This document shows, piece by piece, positions 1-10,086 of a DNA stretch of 43,104 nt. A program made the translations under genes and the position numbers. Numbering within the stretch: position 1 is the first letter of the stretch; each line of letters begins with the position of its first letter. The DNA is from Acidobacteriota bacterium (GTDB taxonomy: Bacteria; Acidobacteriota; Terriglobia; Bryobacterales; Bryobacteraceae), in NCBI GenBank assembly GCA_018268875.1, contig JAFDVT010000643.1, positions 1 to 43,104 of the forward strand, written 5' to 3'. The notes under the pieces were generated by a model. That model was not told where the DNA came from. It saw only the letters and a list, made by a program, of their open reading frames with translations, and ran no database searches.

Positions 1-21
1 AGGGTTCAGAGCGGCGCGAAC

Positions 22-1851
22 ATGTGCGGCATCAACGGTATCTACGCCTACAACCCGGCGGCCGGCGCCCCTGACGAGCGGGAGGTGCTCGCCACGCGCG
101 ACGCCATGCGTGCGCGCGGGCCCGATGGGTGCGGCGCCTGGTGGTCATCAGACCGCCGGGCTGCGCTTGGGCACCGGCGTCTCGCCATCCAGGACCTCTC
201 CGAACGAGGGGCCCAGCCCATGGCAAGCGAGTCAGGGCGGTTGGTGGTGACGTTCAACGGCGAGATCTACAACTACCCGGCGCTGCGCGCGGAACTCGAA
301 GGGGAGGGTGTCCGCTTCTGGAGCACCTCGGATACGGAAGTCTTGCTGCACTTGTACGAGCGCGAAGGCGAGGCGATGGTGCACCGGCTGCGAGGGATGT
401 TCGCCTTTGCCATCTGGGATGCGCGCGACCAGTCACTGTTTCTGGCGCGCGACCCGTACGGCATCAAGCCGCTCTACACGTCAGACGACGGCTGGCACTT
501 TCGCTTCGCGAGCCAGGTGCGGGCCCTCGTGGCCGGCGGGCGAGTGAGCCGCGACCCCGAGCCTGCGGGGGTTGTCGGATTTCACCTCTGGGGCTCTGTG
601 CCGGAACCATTCACTATGTACCGCGCCATCCGGTCGCTCCCCGCCGGCCACACCCAGCGAGTGGACTCCACCGGTCCCGAGGTTCCGCGGGCGTATGTGT
701 CCATCGCCGGTATTCTCCGAGACGCGATGCGGCGCCCCGTTCCAGACGGCGAGGTGAAGGCGACCGCCGAGCGCGCCCTGCGCGAGAGCGTGGCGGTGCA
801 CCTGCTGTCTGACGTTCCGGTCGGAGTGTTCCTTTCAGCGGGGGTGGACTCGGGAGCGCTGCTCGGCCTCGTGCGCGACGCCGGCCAGAAACGGGGCGAA
901 CTGCACGCAGTGACGCTGGGATTCAACGAGTTCCGCGGTACTCCCAACGATGAGGTTCCGTTGGCGGCGACGGTGGCCGCGTGCTACGGGGCGCGGCACC
1001 ACGTGCGGCTGGTGAGCGCGGACGAGTTTCGGCGGGATTTACCCACCATTCTCGACGCCATGGACCAGCCGAGTATCGACGGCATCAATACGTGGTTCGT
1101 ATCCAAGGCGGCGCGGGAAGTGGGGCTCAAGGTGGCGCTGTCGGGGTTGGGCGGAGACGAACTGGTGGGAGGTTACCCAAGCTTCCGCGACGTGCCTCGG
1201 TGGCGCGGCTGGATGCGGATCCCCGCTGCGGTGCCGGGATTGGGGGCGGCCGTACGCCGAATGGGGCGGGCGGTGGGAGCGATGTATCGCGTGCCCAAGG
1301 CACTCGGCCTCGCGGAATTTGGCGGGACGTATGCCGGCGCCTATTACCTGCGCCGCGGGCTCTTCATGCCGTTCGAACTCGAGACCAAGCTGGCGCCCGA
1401 TATCCTGCGCGAAGGGTTGCGCCGGCTGCGCAACGTAGAGCGGGTTGCGAACACGGCGCTCCACCCCGACCCGGGAGAGGACCACGCACGCGTCACGGCG
1501 CTCGAATCGGTCTGGTACATGCGCAACCAGCTGCTGCGCGATGCCGACTGGGCGGGGATGGCGCACAGCCTGGAGATCCGCACACCGCTGGTGGACGTGG
1601 AGGTGCTTCGCGCGTTCGGGACCATCATGGGGTCAATGGCACCCGGTCGGGGGAAGCAGCTGATCGCGGAAGCGCCATCGCTGGCGCTCCCCGCGACCAT
1701 CGTTCGGCGCGCCAAGACTGGCTTCTCTGTCCCTGCGGCGAGCTGGCTCGCTGAAGGGGTGCAGTCGCCTTCGCTGGGGGCGTCGTCGCGGCAGTGGGGG
1801 GAGTCGATCTTCACGCATCACCAAGCCAGTCGGATGCCGGCCCTCGCCTAA
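22..1851 (+). CDS. asnB: Asparagine synthase (glutamine-hydrolysing)-family amidotransferase, probably polysaccharide-amidating
   Basis: N-terminal MCGI with catalytic Cys; RGPD, GHRRLAIQDL, FNGEIYNY, SDTEV, RDPYGIKPLY and LSAGVDS/SGLGGDE motifs; first visible gene of a run of glycosyltransferase genes. Confidence 0.92.
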   Translation: MCGINGIYAYNPAAGAPDEREVLATRDAMRARGPDGCGAWWSSDRRAALGHRRLAIQDLSERGAQPMASESGRLVVTFNGEIYNYPALRAELEGEGVRFWSTSDTEVLLHLYEREGEAMVHRLRGMFAFAIWDARDQSLFLARDPYGIKPLYTSDDGWHFRFASQVRALVAGGRVSRDPEPAGVVGFHLWGSVPEPFTMYRAIRSLPAGHTQRVDSTGPEVPRAYVSIAGILRDAMRRPVPDGEVKATAERALRESVAVHLLSDVPVGVFLSAGVDSGALLGLVRDAGQKRGELHAVTLGFNEFRGTPNDEVPLAATVAACYGARHHVRLVSADEFRRDLPTILDAMDQPSIDGINTWFVSKAAREVGLKVALSGLGGDELVGGYPSFRDVPRWRGWMRIPAAVPGLGAAVRRMGRAVGAMYRVPKALGLAEFGGTYAGAYYLRRGLFMPFELETKLAPDILREGLRRLRNVERVANTALHPDPGEDHARVTALESVWYMRNQLLRDADWAGMAHSLEIRTPLVDVEVLRAFGTIMGSMAPGRGKQLIAEAPSLALPATIVRRAKTGFSVPAASWLAEGVQSPSLGASSRQWGESIFTHHQASRMPALA

Positions 1852-1852
1852 C

Positions 1853-2995
1853 GTGAGCCCCACACCTCATTACTCGCCGCAGCGGGTGCTGGCGCTCGTG
1901 ACCGACGCCTTTGGCGGGTACGGCGGGATGGCGCAGTACAACCGCGACTTCATCGGCGCGCTGGCCACCGTGCCCGAGGTGGAGCAGGTGCTGGTGCTGC
2001 CGCGTCAGGCCGACGACGTTGGTGACTCGCTGCCGCCGCGCGTAACCCAGCGGGCGCCTGTCAAGGCCCGCACGAAATACATCGCCGCGGCGTTACGCGA
2101 GGCGCACCGCGTGCGGCCAACCTTGGTATTCTGCGGGCACGTGTACCATGGACCGCTGGCGGTGGTGGTAGCTCGATTGACGGGGGCCAGACTGGTGAGC
2201 CAGGTGCACGGGACGGAGATCTGGGGACCGCTTCGCGAGCTGCAGCGCGCAGCGCTGGAGCGCTCGGACATGATCCTCACGGTGAGCCGCGACACGCGCG
2301 CGCGAGTGCTGGCCGCCGCTCGGGTGGAGCCGGAGCAGGTGCCGGTGCTCAACAACACGGTGGGCGACGACTACACGTCGGGCGACCGCGCTGCGGCGCG
2401 CGCTCGATTTGGCTTCGGCAAGGACCTAGTGGTGCTGACCGTGGCGCGGCTTGACCCGCGCGACGGCTACAAAGGGCACGACCTCATCATTCCACAGGTG
2501 GCTCGCCTGGCAGCGCAAGGACTCGACCTGCGCTACGTGATCTGCGGGTCGGGGCGCGATCGCGCGCGACTGGAGGGCATCGCCGCACAGCACGGGGTGG
2601 CCGATCGCGTGCGGTTCTTGGGGATGGTGGCGCGCACGGATCTACCAGATCTGTACCGAGCGACCGATCTCTTCGCGCTCCCTTCAACCGGGGAGGGGTT
2701 CGGCATCGCGTTCATCGAGGCGATGGCGTGCGGGACGCCGGCGGTGGGGCTGGCCATGGGGGGCGCACCCGACGCGCTGGGCGACGGGGAGTTGGGCGCC
2801 TGCTGTGCCGCGTCGGACTTCGCCGCCACGTTTGAGCGGTTGGTTCGCACAGGTTCCGGGGACCGAGAGAAACTGGCCGGTGCGGTGCGGGGGCGCTTTC
2901 AGCGAGCCACATTCGAGCGGCGGGTCGCGCAGCTCATGCAGCGGCTGATGGTCACGCCGCAGAGCGCACGCGTTAACACCAGAGGCATTTCGTAG
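1853..2995 (+). CDS. Glycosyltransferase family 4 (GT-B)
   Basis: GGYGGMAQY N-terminal motif; EGFGIAFIEAMACGTP (EX7E) motif; starts 1 nt after the asnB stop. Confidence 0.9.
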   Translation: MSPTPHYSPQRVLALVTDAFGGYGGMAQYNRDFIGALATVPEVEQVLVLPRQADDVGDSLPPRVTQRAPVKARTKYIAAALREAHRVRPTLVFCGHVYHGPLAVVVARLTGARLVSQVHGTEIWGPLRELQRAALERSDMILTVSRDTRARVLAAARVEPEQVPVLNNTVGDDYTSGDRAAARARFGFGKDLVVLTVARLDPRDGYKGHDLIIPQVARLAAQGLDLRYVICGSGRDRARLEGIAAQHGVADRVRFLGMVARTDLPDLYRATDLFALPSTGEGFGIAFIEAMACGTPAVGLAMGGAPDALGDGELGACCAASDFAATFERLVRTGSGDREKLAGAVRGRFQRATFERRVAQLMQRLMVTPQSARVNTRGIS

Positions 2996-3002
2996 GGAGA
3001 GG

Positions 3003-4868
3003 ATGTTGCGAATTCAGTGGGACTTGGTGACCGGCGTCTTTCCGCCAGCCGAGCGTCGGCGCTTCTGGGTGGTGCTGGTCGCCGCTATCGCGGCGGCGCT
3101 GTTCGAGACAGTGGGGGTAGCGTCCATTACGCCATTCATGGGCCTCGTGCTGGACGAAACGTTGGCCGACCGCACGCCCGCGCTGCGGCAGTTGCTGGCA
3201 ACGTTTGGCGCCGAAACTCCGGGTGAGCGCCTGCTGGTGATGGGACTCCTCACGCTGGCGGCAATCGTGCTCGGCAACGCCATCTCGGCGCTCTCGCAGT
3301 ATCTGCAGCAGCGCTTCGTGGCACGAACGCGCCGGCGCGTGTCGCGCGAGCTCTTTGCCGGATACATGAGCAGCCCCTATCGGTTCCACGTGCGGCGCGA
3401 CGCGCCGTCGGTGCTCAAGGTGCTGTACGACGACTTGGGCAACGCGATCGGCGCATTGCAGGGGATGCTGACCTACGTGTCGCGGCTCTTAGTCCTAGCA
3501 GCCATCATCGCGCTACTGCTGTACCAGAACCCTCGGATTGCGTTGTTCTCGATGGTACTGCTGGGGGGGAGCTACGCGCTCGCCTACCGCTTCTCGCGCT
3601 CGCGCCAGCGGCGGCTGGGGGAGGAGATGTCGGAGGCGTATGGGCAACGCAATCGCGCTGCGCAGGAGGGGCTGGGAGGCATCAAGGAACTCACGGTCCT
3701 CGGGCGCACCTCGGACAGCGTGAAGCGGTTCGACGAGGCATCGGCGTTCATCGCTGACGCGCAAGCGGAGACCATGACAGTGGGCTCCCTGCCGCGTTAT
3801 TTCCTGGAGTCGGTGGCCTACGGCGGGTTGGTGCTCGTCACGCTTGCCATGGTCCGGAGCGGCGGTGGGACGCGCGTCGCCATTCCAACCATTGCGCTCT
3901 TCGCCTTTGCCGCTTACCGGCTCATGCCAGCGCTGCAGCAGCTGTACCAGTCATCGGTCTCGATGCGCTTCGCACACGGCGCGGTGAACGCGTTCTTCGC
4001 TGACTGGGCAGAGGTATGCCAGCCGCAACACGGCTCCGTGGCGAACGGTCTCGAAGCCGCCGTGAGAGACAAAGACGATGCTGGAACGTCGTTCCCCGCC
4101 GTGCGCGCGGCGCCGGGTCGTCCGCCGGAAATCGGGCTCGCCAACGTGACGATGGCGTACGACGGCTCGGCACACGTCGCGTTGCGCGACGTGTCGCTCA
4201 CGGTGCGTCCAGGTGAGAGTCTCGGGATCGTGGGGCGAACGGGATCCGGTAAGACGACTCTGGTGGACGTGCTTATGGGTCTGTACCAGCCCCGACAGGG
4301 TGAAGTTGTGGTGGACGGCCAGTCGATGTCGCGCGAAGGCGCCGCAGCGCTGCAGCGCGAGATCGGCTATGTGCCGCAGCACGTGTTCCTGGCCAACGCG
4401 AGCATCGCGGCCAACATCGCGTTCGGGGTAGCGGAGCGGGACATCGACCTCGCCGCCGTGCATCACGCCTCGCAGCTCGCGCAGGCGGACGAGTTCATTG
4501 GAAGGCTGCCGCGGCAGTACGAGGCGATAATCGGTGAGCGGGGCGTGCGCCTCTCGGGAGGGCAGCGACAGCGGTTGGGGATCGCGCGGGCGCTGTACCA
4601 CCAGCCGTCCATTCTCGTGTTCGACGAGGCGACGAGTGCACTCGATGGGCTCACCGAGGCCGCGCTCATGCGAGCCATCAGGCAGTTGGCGGGGGAGCGG
4701 ACTGTGATCCTGATCGCCCATCGGCTGCGCACGGTTGAAGCATGCGATCGCATCGTGATGCTGGATGAAGGGGAGATCATCGGCGACGGGACGTGGAGAG
4801 AGCTGTTGGAAAAATGCTCCCGGTTCGCCGACCTCGTGCGCGGGCCCTCGGTGGGGGCGGTTGCGTGA
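3003..4868 (+). CDS. ABC transporter, fused permease/ATPase (PglK/HepA/MsbA-like lipid-linked glycan flippase)
   Basis: N-terminal transmembrane helices; Walker A GRTGSGKT, signature LSGGQRQR, Walker B/D-loop VFDEATSALD, IAHRL; purine-rich GGGAGAGG just upstream. Confidence 0.9.
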   Translation: MLRIQWDLVTGVFPPAERRRFWVVLVAAIAAALFETVGVASITPFMGLVLDETLADRTPALRQLLATFGAETPGERLLVMGLLTLAAIVLGNAISALSQYLQQRFVARTRRRVSRELFAGYMSSPYRFHVRRDAPSVLKVLYDDLGNAIGALQGMLTYVSRLLVLAAIIALLLYQNPRIALFSMVLLGGSYALAYRFSRSRQRRLGEEMSEAYGQRNRAAQEGLGGIKELTVLGRTSDSVKRFDEASAFIADAQAETMTVGSLPRYFLESVAYGGLVLVTLAMVRSGGGTRVAIPTIALFAFAAYRLMPALQQLYQSSVSMRFAHGAVNAFFADWAEVCQPQHGSVANGLEAAVRDKDDAGTSFPAVRAAPGRPPEIGLANVTMAYDGSAHVALRDVSLTVRPGESLGIVGRTGSGKTTLVDVLMGLYQPRQGEVVVDGQSMSREGAAALQREIGYVPQHVFLANASIAANIAFGVAERDIDLAAVHHASQLAQADEFIGRLPRQYEAIIGERGVRLSGGQRQRLGIARALYHQPSILVFDEATSALDGLTEAALMRAIRQLAGERTVILIAHRLRTVEACDRIVMLDEGEIIGDGTWRELLEKCSRFADLVRGPSVGAVA

Positions 4869-5926
4869 GTCTGCGCATCGCGCTGACGGCTGACCCCGAG
4901 CTCCCCGTGCCGCCGCAGTTCTACGGGGGAATCGAGCGGGTGGTGGACATGCTGGCCCGCGAGCTTTCGGCCCGCGGGCACGAAGTCACGCTCTTTGCGC
5001 ACCCGGAGTCGCGCACCGCGGCCACATTGCGCGCGTGGCCGGGGGCCTCCAGCGGTCGCGCAGCCCACACGGTGGCCAACGCAGCGACGCTGGCCCGACA
5101 CGTGGTGAGCGGAGGTTTCGACGTGCTGCACTCGTTCTCGCGGGTGGCGTACCTGCTCCCGTTGTTGCCCGCACGACTCCCCAAGCTCATGTCGTACCAG
5201 CGTGCGGTCGCGCCCCGCTCGGTGCGCATCGGCACGCGGCTATCGGGCGGATCGCTTTGGTTCAGCGCCATCAGCCAGGCCATGATCCGCGACGTGCGCG
5301 ATCTGGGGACGTGGCGCGTTGTGCCGAACGGCGTGCCCGCGGAGCGCTTTCCCTTCGTACCGCGAGTGGACGGGGATGCGCCGCTAGTTTTCCTGGGGCG
5401 CGTCGAGGAAATCAAGGGGCCGCACCTCGCCATCGAGATCGCCAAGCGAGCAGGAAAGCGGCTCGTGATCGCTGGCAACATTCCCCGAGGGCACGAGGGG
5501 TGGGCTGCCCAGCACGTGCTCGCGCACGTGGATGGAGATGCCGTGTCGTACGTGGGGCCGGTGGATGACGCGGCCAAGGCTACGCTGCTGGGAGGGGCAT
5601 GCGGATTCCTCATGCCCATCTTGTGGGAGGAGCCCTTTGGCATCGTGATGGCCGAGGCGATGGCGTGCGGGACGCCGGTGCTGGCTCTCGCCCGTGGAGC
5701 TGCGCCGGAGGTGGTGGCTCACGGGGTCACGGGGTGGGTCTGCGATACCGTAAACGAGCTTGTGTGCGCGGTTGCGAGGTTGGGCGACATCGAGCGCCAA
5801 GCGTGCCGCGCGCGCGTGCTCAGCCACTACTCGGCACAGGCGGTAACTGATGGCTATCTCGCCGTCTACCAGGAATTGATCGCCCGTCGGGCGCAGGCAC
5901 CCGTTCACTACGCTGTGCAGCACTGA
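4865..5926 (+). CDS. Glycosyltransferase family 4
   Basis: PVPPQFYGGIERVV and WEEPFGIVMAEAMACGTP motifs; start placed at GTG 4865, which overlaps the upstream TGA (GTGA coupling), rather than at 4793. Confidence 0.9.
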   Translation: MSLRIALTADPELPVPPQFYGGIERVVDMLARELSARGHEVTLFAHPESRTAATLRAWPGASSGRAAHTVANAATLARHVVSGGFDVLHSFSRVAYLLPLLPARLPKLMSYQRAVAPRSVRIGTRLSGGSLWFSAISQAMIRDVRDLGTWRVVPNGVPAERFPFVPRVDGDAPLVFLGRVEEIKGPHLAIEIAKRAGKRLVIAGNIPRGHEGWAAQHVLAHVDGDAVSYVGPVDDAAKATLLGGACGFLMPILWEEPFGIVMAEAMACGTPVLALARGAAPEVVAHGVTGWVCDTVNELVCAVARLGDIERQACRARVLSHYSAQAVTDGYLAVYQELIARRAQAPVHYAVQH

Positions 5927-7311
5927 TGACGGTCGCTACAAAGGCTGCCAAGCGGAATTCCGCCACGCTTCACGCTACATCGTCCGCGCGCGGTGCTTCG
6001 AACCGTCGGCTGCGGGTGCTCTTCGTGTGTCCGCGCTTTGCGCCGTCCAACGCCGCGGACTCGCATCGGGTGCGTTTGCTTCTGCCGCATCTCGCGTACG
6101 AAGGGGTGGACGCCGAGGTGTTGGCCGTCGATCCGCGCGACGCGGGTACGCCAGTGGACCAGTGGCTGGAAGCGCAGTTGCCGGCTGATGTGCCTGTGCA
6201 CCAGGTGCGGGCTTGGCGACCGCATGGCTGGGGGACGCGGGGTCTGGCGCAGCGTGCCTTCGTAACACTCTACAACGAGGGGTGCCGGCTGCTCGCCGAG
6301 CGGCGGTTCGACCTCGTCTTCTTCTCCACTACCGAATTCCTGCTGCACCTGCTGGGACCGGTATGGCAGACGCGATACGGCGTTCCTTTCTTCCTGGACC
6401 TGCAGGACCCGTGGGTGAACGACTATTATCGCAACCATCCTGAGGTGGTACCGCCGGGTGGCCGCTTCAAGTACGGGATCGTGCAGACCCTGCACCGCGC
6501 CGCGGAGCGGCGCGTCGTGCCGCACGCGGCAGGGATCCTGGCCGTGTCCGAGCGGTACGTGCGCGACCTGCACACGCGTTACGGGTCGCGGGCGGCAAGC
6601 ATGCAGAGTCTTGTGGAAGCCTTTCCGGCGGAGCCCGCTGAGTTCGATGGCATCGTTCCTTCGCCATCCGATGTCGGCGCCAACGGGTCGTCGTTCGTGT
6701 GGCGTTACGTGGGGCGCGGTGGCGCCGACATGCATACTGCTATGTCGGTGTTCTTCGAGGGGTGGCGCACCGCGCTCGGCCGGTCCGGCCTAGCGCGCAC
6801 GATGCGGCTCGAGACGATTGGCACCACGTACGCCCAGCCGGGGCATGGCGGATTCCTCCCCTCCTTCGTGCCGGTGGCCCAAGGCTTCGATTTGGCCGAT
6901 CGGGTCACCGAGAGGCCCGGGCGAATTGGGTATCGCGAGACCCTCGCCGCGCTCGCCTCAGCAGATGGCCTCGTGGTGTTCGGCTCCGACGATCCCACGT
7001 ACACGGCGTCCAAGCTGTACCCGTACCTAGCGGCCCGCCGGCCCCTGGTGGTGATCTGCCACCGCGACAGCCCGATGGTACGTGTGATGCGCGCAACCGA
7101 AGGCGGAATCTGCATCCCGTTCGACCCGGCCGACACGACCGAGGCGTTGGATACCGTAAGCGCGCTCCTGGCTGAGGGGCCATGCCTTGTGCCACTTCGC
7201 GAGAAGGGGCTAGCCCCTTACACCGCCCGCGAACAGGCGCATCGGCTGGGGGAGTGGCTGAAGATGCATGTGGTGGGTGCGGCGGCACCTGAGCGGGTGG
7301 CGAGTACGTGA
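5926..7311 (+). CDS. Putative GT-B glycosyltransferase (divergent GT4-like)
   Basis: RVLFVCPRFAP start, DLQDPW motif and C-terminal ASKLYPYLAARRP typical of this GT4-like subgroup; translationally coupled on both sides. Confidence 0.75.
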   Translation: MTVATKAAKRNSATLHATSSARGASNRRLRVLFVCPRFAPSNAADSHRVRLLLPHLAYEGVDAEVLAVDPRDAGTPVDQWLEAQLPADVPVHQVRAWRPHGWGTRGLAQRAFVTLYNEGCRLLAERRFDLVFFSTTEFLLHLLGPVWQTRYGVPFFLDLQDPWVNDYYRNHPEVVPPGGRFKYGIVQTLHRAAERRVVPHAAGILAVSERYVRDLHTRYGSRAASMQSLVEAFPAEPAEFDGIVPSPSDVGANGSSFVWRYVGRGGADMHTAMSVFFEGWRTALGRSGLARTMRLETIGTTYAQPGHGGFLPSFVPVAQGFDLADRVTERPGRIGYRETLAALASADGLVVFGSDDPTYTASKLYPYLAARRPLVVICHRDSPMVRVMRATEGGICIPFDPADTTEALDTVSALLAEGPCLVPLREKGLAPYTAREQAHRLGEWLKMHVVGAAAPERVAST

Positions 7312-8825
7312 CCGAACCAAACCTCTCCTTCGCCGCACGTGCGGGTCAGGGATCGCAATCGGCCATCGAGACCGAGCGATTCCGCGGCTTGGTGCTGCTG
7401 TCGGCGCTCGTGTTGTCGCCGCTCGTCGTGGGCACGACGAACGGGTTCCTGTCGCTCGCCGCGGTATGGACGTTAGCGCTACTGCTGCTGATGCTCTTCC
7501 GCTTCGACGAACCGCCAGTGTTCGCATTTGCCGCCCTCGCGCAGTGGATGTCTGTGGCTGCGCCGGTGTTCGCGGCCGACGGCCGCGGCGAGACGGTCGG
7601 CACCAGCCTGGGTTTGGACACGATGACAGAGGCAGCGTGGCTTGGGCTGGCGTCGGTGTTGGTGCTGGGCGCGGGGATGCACGTGGGGCGGGGCCCGCAC
7701 GCCCGCGAGGTGATTGCCGAGATGCGCGCGGCGGGGCGGCAGCTCAACCCGCTACGCCTGCTGCTGGCGTTCGCTGTAGCGTCGGCGTTTGCGTACTTCG
7801 TCGTCCCGTACATGGCCGGGGTCATCCCGACGGTGTCGCAGCAGGTCCAGTCGCTGGGCGCGTTGCCCACGTTGGTGGCTTTCGTAACCATCTGGTCGGG
7901 TATGCTTGTACGCTCGTCGCGGCCCGTCGCGATCGTCGTGGTGCTCTACAACGTGTGCATTGGATTCCTTGGCTTCTTCTCCGGCTTCAAGGATATCCTC
8001 TTCCTGACCGTGGTGGTGATCGGCACCAGCGTAACCTCGCTGCGGCGCCTGCTGGTGAGCCCTTCTTTGTGGTTGTCGGTGGCGGCCGCCACCGTGCTTC
8101 TGGGATTTTGGCAGCTGACCAAAGTGGACTATCGTGGCTTCGCGAATGGTGGCACTCGGCAGCAGGTCGTGACCGTCTCGCGTGACCAACAGCTGGCTTA
8201 CCTTCGCGACCGTGCCGCGGAGTTCGGCCCCGAGGAACTCGCCGAAGGGCTCGGGTTGGTAGTGGAGCGCATCGGTTACCTCGACTTTTTCTCCGGTGTC
8301 CTGGACAACGTTCCCGCGCGAGTGCCGCACCAGAACGGTCGCCTGTGGGGGGAGACGGTGCAGCACGTCTTTTTGCCGCGAGTGCTCTTCCCCGGCAAGG
8401 GAGCCATCAACGACTCCGACCGCACCAACGAGTACAGCGGAATGAGGGTCAGCGACGCGGCACACGGCGCCTCGATCAGCATTGGCTACGCCGGCGAGAG
8501 CTACATCGATTTCGGCCCCTTCTGGATGTTCCCGCCAATCTTCCTGTTGGGTGTGCTGTGGGGGTGGGGGTACCGCCTCTTGGCGCGTACGGGGGGGGCG
8601 AAGCTACTGAGTGTGGCCGCTGCCTCCACCTTCGTGCTGTCGGGCGCGCTCTACTTCGAGTCGTCCAACATCAAGATTGTGGGAGGCGCCATCACTCTGC
8701 TTCTGGTGTTGTGGCTGGTGCTCCGTTTCTTCGACGAAGTCATCTGGGCCTTCCTCACTGGCGGGACGCCGAACATAGCAGCCGCGGGGTCGGGACAGCG
8801 AGTGACTGTACGGGTGGCGCGGTAA
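7308..8825 (+). CDS. Polytopic membrane protein, Wzy-like polysaccharide polymerase/ligase candidate
   Basis: About 10-12 hydrophobic segments with a large periplasmic loop (LPRVLFPGK, GYAGESYIDFG) typical of O-antigen polymerase-like proteins; located among glycosyltransferase genes. Confidence 0.65.
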   Translation: MTEPNLSFAARAGQGSQSAIETERFRGLVLLSALVLSPLVVGTTNGFLSLAAVWTLALLLLMLFRFDEPPVFAFAALAQWMSVAAPVFAADGRGETVGTSLGLDTMTEAAWLGLASVLVLGAGMHVGRGPHAREVIAEMRAAGRQLNPLRLLLAFAVASAFAYFVVPYMAGVIPTVSQQVQSLGALPTLVAFVTIWSGMLVRSSRPVAIVVVLYNVCIGFLGFFSGFKDILFLTVVVIGTSVTSLRRLLVSPSLWLSVAAATVLLGFWQLTKVDYRGFANGGTRQQVVTVSRDQQLAYLRDRAAEFGPEELAEGLGLVVERIGYLDFFSGVLDNVPARVPHQNGRLWGETVQHVFLPRVLFPGKGAINDSDRTNEYSGMRVSDAAHGASISIGYAGESYIDFGPFWMFPPIFLLGVLWGWGYRLLARTGGAKLLSVAAASTFVLSGALYFESSNIKIVGGAITLLLVLWLVLRFFDEVIWAFLTGGTPNIAAAGSGQRVTVRVAR

Positions 8826-8826
8826 C

Positions 8827-10083
8827 GTGCGGGGAGCCCGGCGCCTGGCCGTGGTGCTGTCGCACCCGGTGCAATACTTCTCGCCTTGGTTCAGGCACGT
8901 CGCCGCGCGCGGTGGCACAGAGCTGAGAGTCTTCTACCTGTGGGACTTCGGGGTCACCGACAGGCGCGACCGGGGATTCGGCACCACGTTCCGCTGGGAC
9001 ATTCCGCTGCTGGATAGCTACGAATGGGAGTTCGTGCCTAACGCGAGCCGCGATATGGGAACGCATCACTTTAGCGGACTCACCAATCCAGGCCTCGTGT
9101 CGCGCTTGGCGGAATGGCGCCCTGATGCCATCCTCCTGTTCGGCTATTCATACCGCTCGCACCTAGGGGTGATACTGTCGCGGCGGCTTCGCCACGTTCC
9201 TCTCTTGTTCCGTGGCGACTCGCACGACCTAGCACGGAAAGCCAGCGTGACTGCCGCAGCCGGCCGGGCGGCGCGTCGGGTTCTTTTCCGTCGCTTCAGT
9301 GCCTTTCTGGCCGTGGGCGAGGCCAACCGGCGCTACCTGCTGGCCAGCGGCGCGTCCGCCGAGCGCATCTTTCACGTACCCCACTGTGTGGACAACGCGC
9401 GTTTCCGCGAGGCCGTGGCCGCCGATCCGTTCGCGGGGATGAGCTGGCGTCGTGCCGCGGGCATTCCTGAGTCGGCGACAGTGCTTCTCTTCGCCGGGAA
9501 ACTCGAACCCAAGAAGCGTCCCGATCTCCTTCTGCGCGCGTTCTTCTCCCTACAGAATCTCGCGCCAAACGCTGCCCGGCAGGCTGTAATGATATTCGTA
9601 GGGTCGGGCGCTCTCGAGCCAGAGTTGCGCGCGGTCGCCGGCGAGCGCGTCGGACGCGATGTGTTCTTCGTTCCCTTCCAGAACCAAACTGCCATGCCCG
9701 CAGTGTACTTGGCAGCCAACGTCCTGGTACTCCCCTCGGCGTCGAACTCAGAAACGTGGGGACTGGTGGTAAATGAGGCCATGGCCATGGGCCGTCCGGC
9801 AATAGTCAGTAACTGCGTGGGGTGCGGCCCCGATCTCGTCAAGGACGGTGAGACAGGTTGGGTGGTGGAACGCGACAACGAGCATTCGCTGCGCTCCGCG
9901 CTGGCGGAAGCAGTCTCCGACCCAGCGCGGTTGCGGCGGATGGGTGAAGCGGCGACACAGCGCATCGATCGGTACTCGTTCGACGCGGCAACGGATGGGC
10001 TGGAGCGCGCGCTCGATTCTGTCGTGCCCATTGAACCGGTGCGCGTTCTGGACGGCGACCGGTTGGCAGGCGCGAGGCAGTAG
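8827..10083 (+). CDS. Glycosyltransferase family 4
   Basis: SHPVQY start, GKLEPKKRP and SETWGLVVNEAMAMGRP (EX7E) motifs. Confidence 0.9.
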   Translation: MRGARRLAVVLSHPVQYFSPWFRHVAARGGTELRVFYLWDFGVTDRRDRGFGTTFRWDIPLLDSYEWEFVPNASRDMGTHHFSGLTNPGLVSRLAEWRPDAILLFGYSYRSHLGVILSRRLRHVPLLFRGDSHDLARKASVTAAAGRAARRVLFRRFSAFLAVGEANRRYLLASGASAERIFHVPHCVDNARFREAVAADPFAGMSWRRAAGIPESATVLLFAGKLEPKKRPDLLLRAFFSLQNLAPNAARQAVMIFVGSGALEPELRAVAGERVGRDVFFVPFQNQTAMPAVYLAANVLVLPSASNSETWGLVVNEAMAMGRPAIVSNCVGCGPDLVKDGETGWVVERDNEHSLRSALAEAVSDPARLRRMGEAATQRIDRYSFDAATDGLERALDSVVPIEPVRVLDGDRLAGARQ

Positions 10084-10086
10084 CGG

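Noticed and set aside
4793-4864. Upstream start extensions in the ORF track (4793, 11349, 15385, 16332, 33291, 40258)
   Set aside because: They overlap upstream genes; downstream starts coupled to stops or an RBS match the family N-termini better
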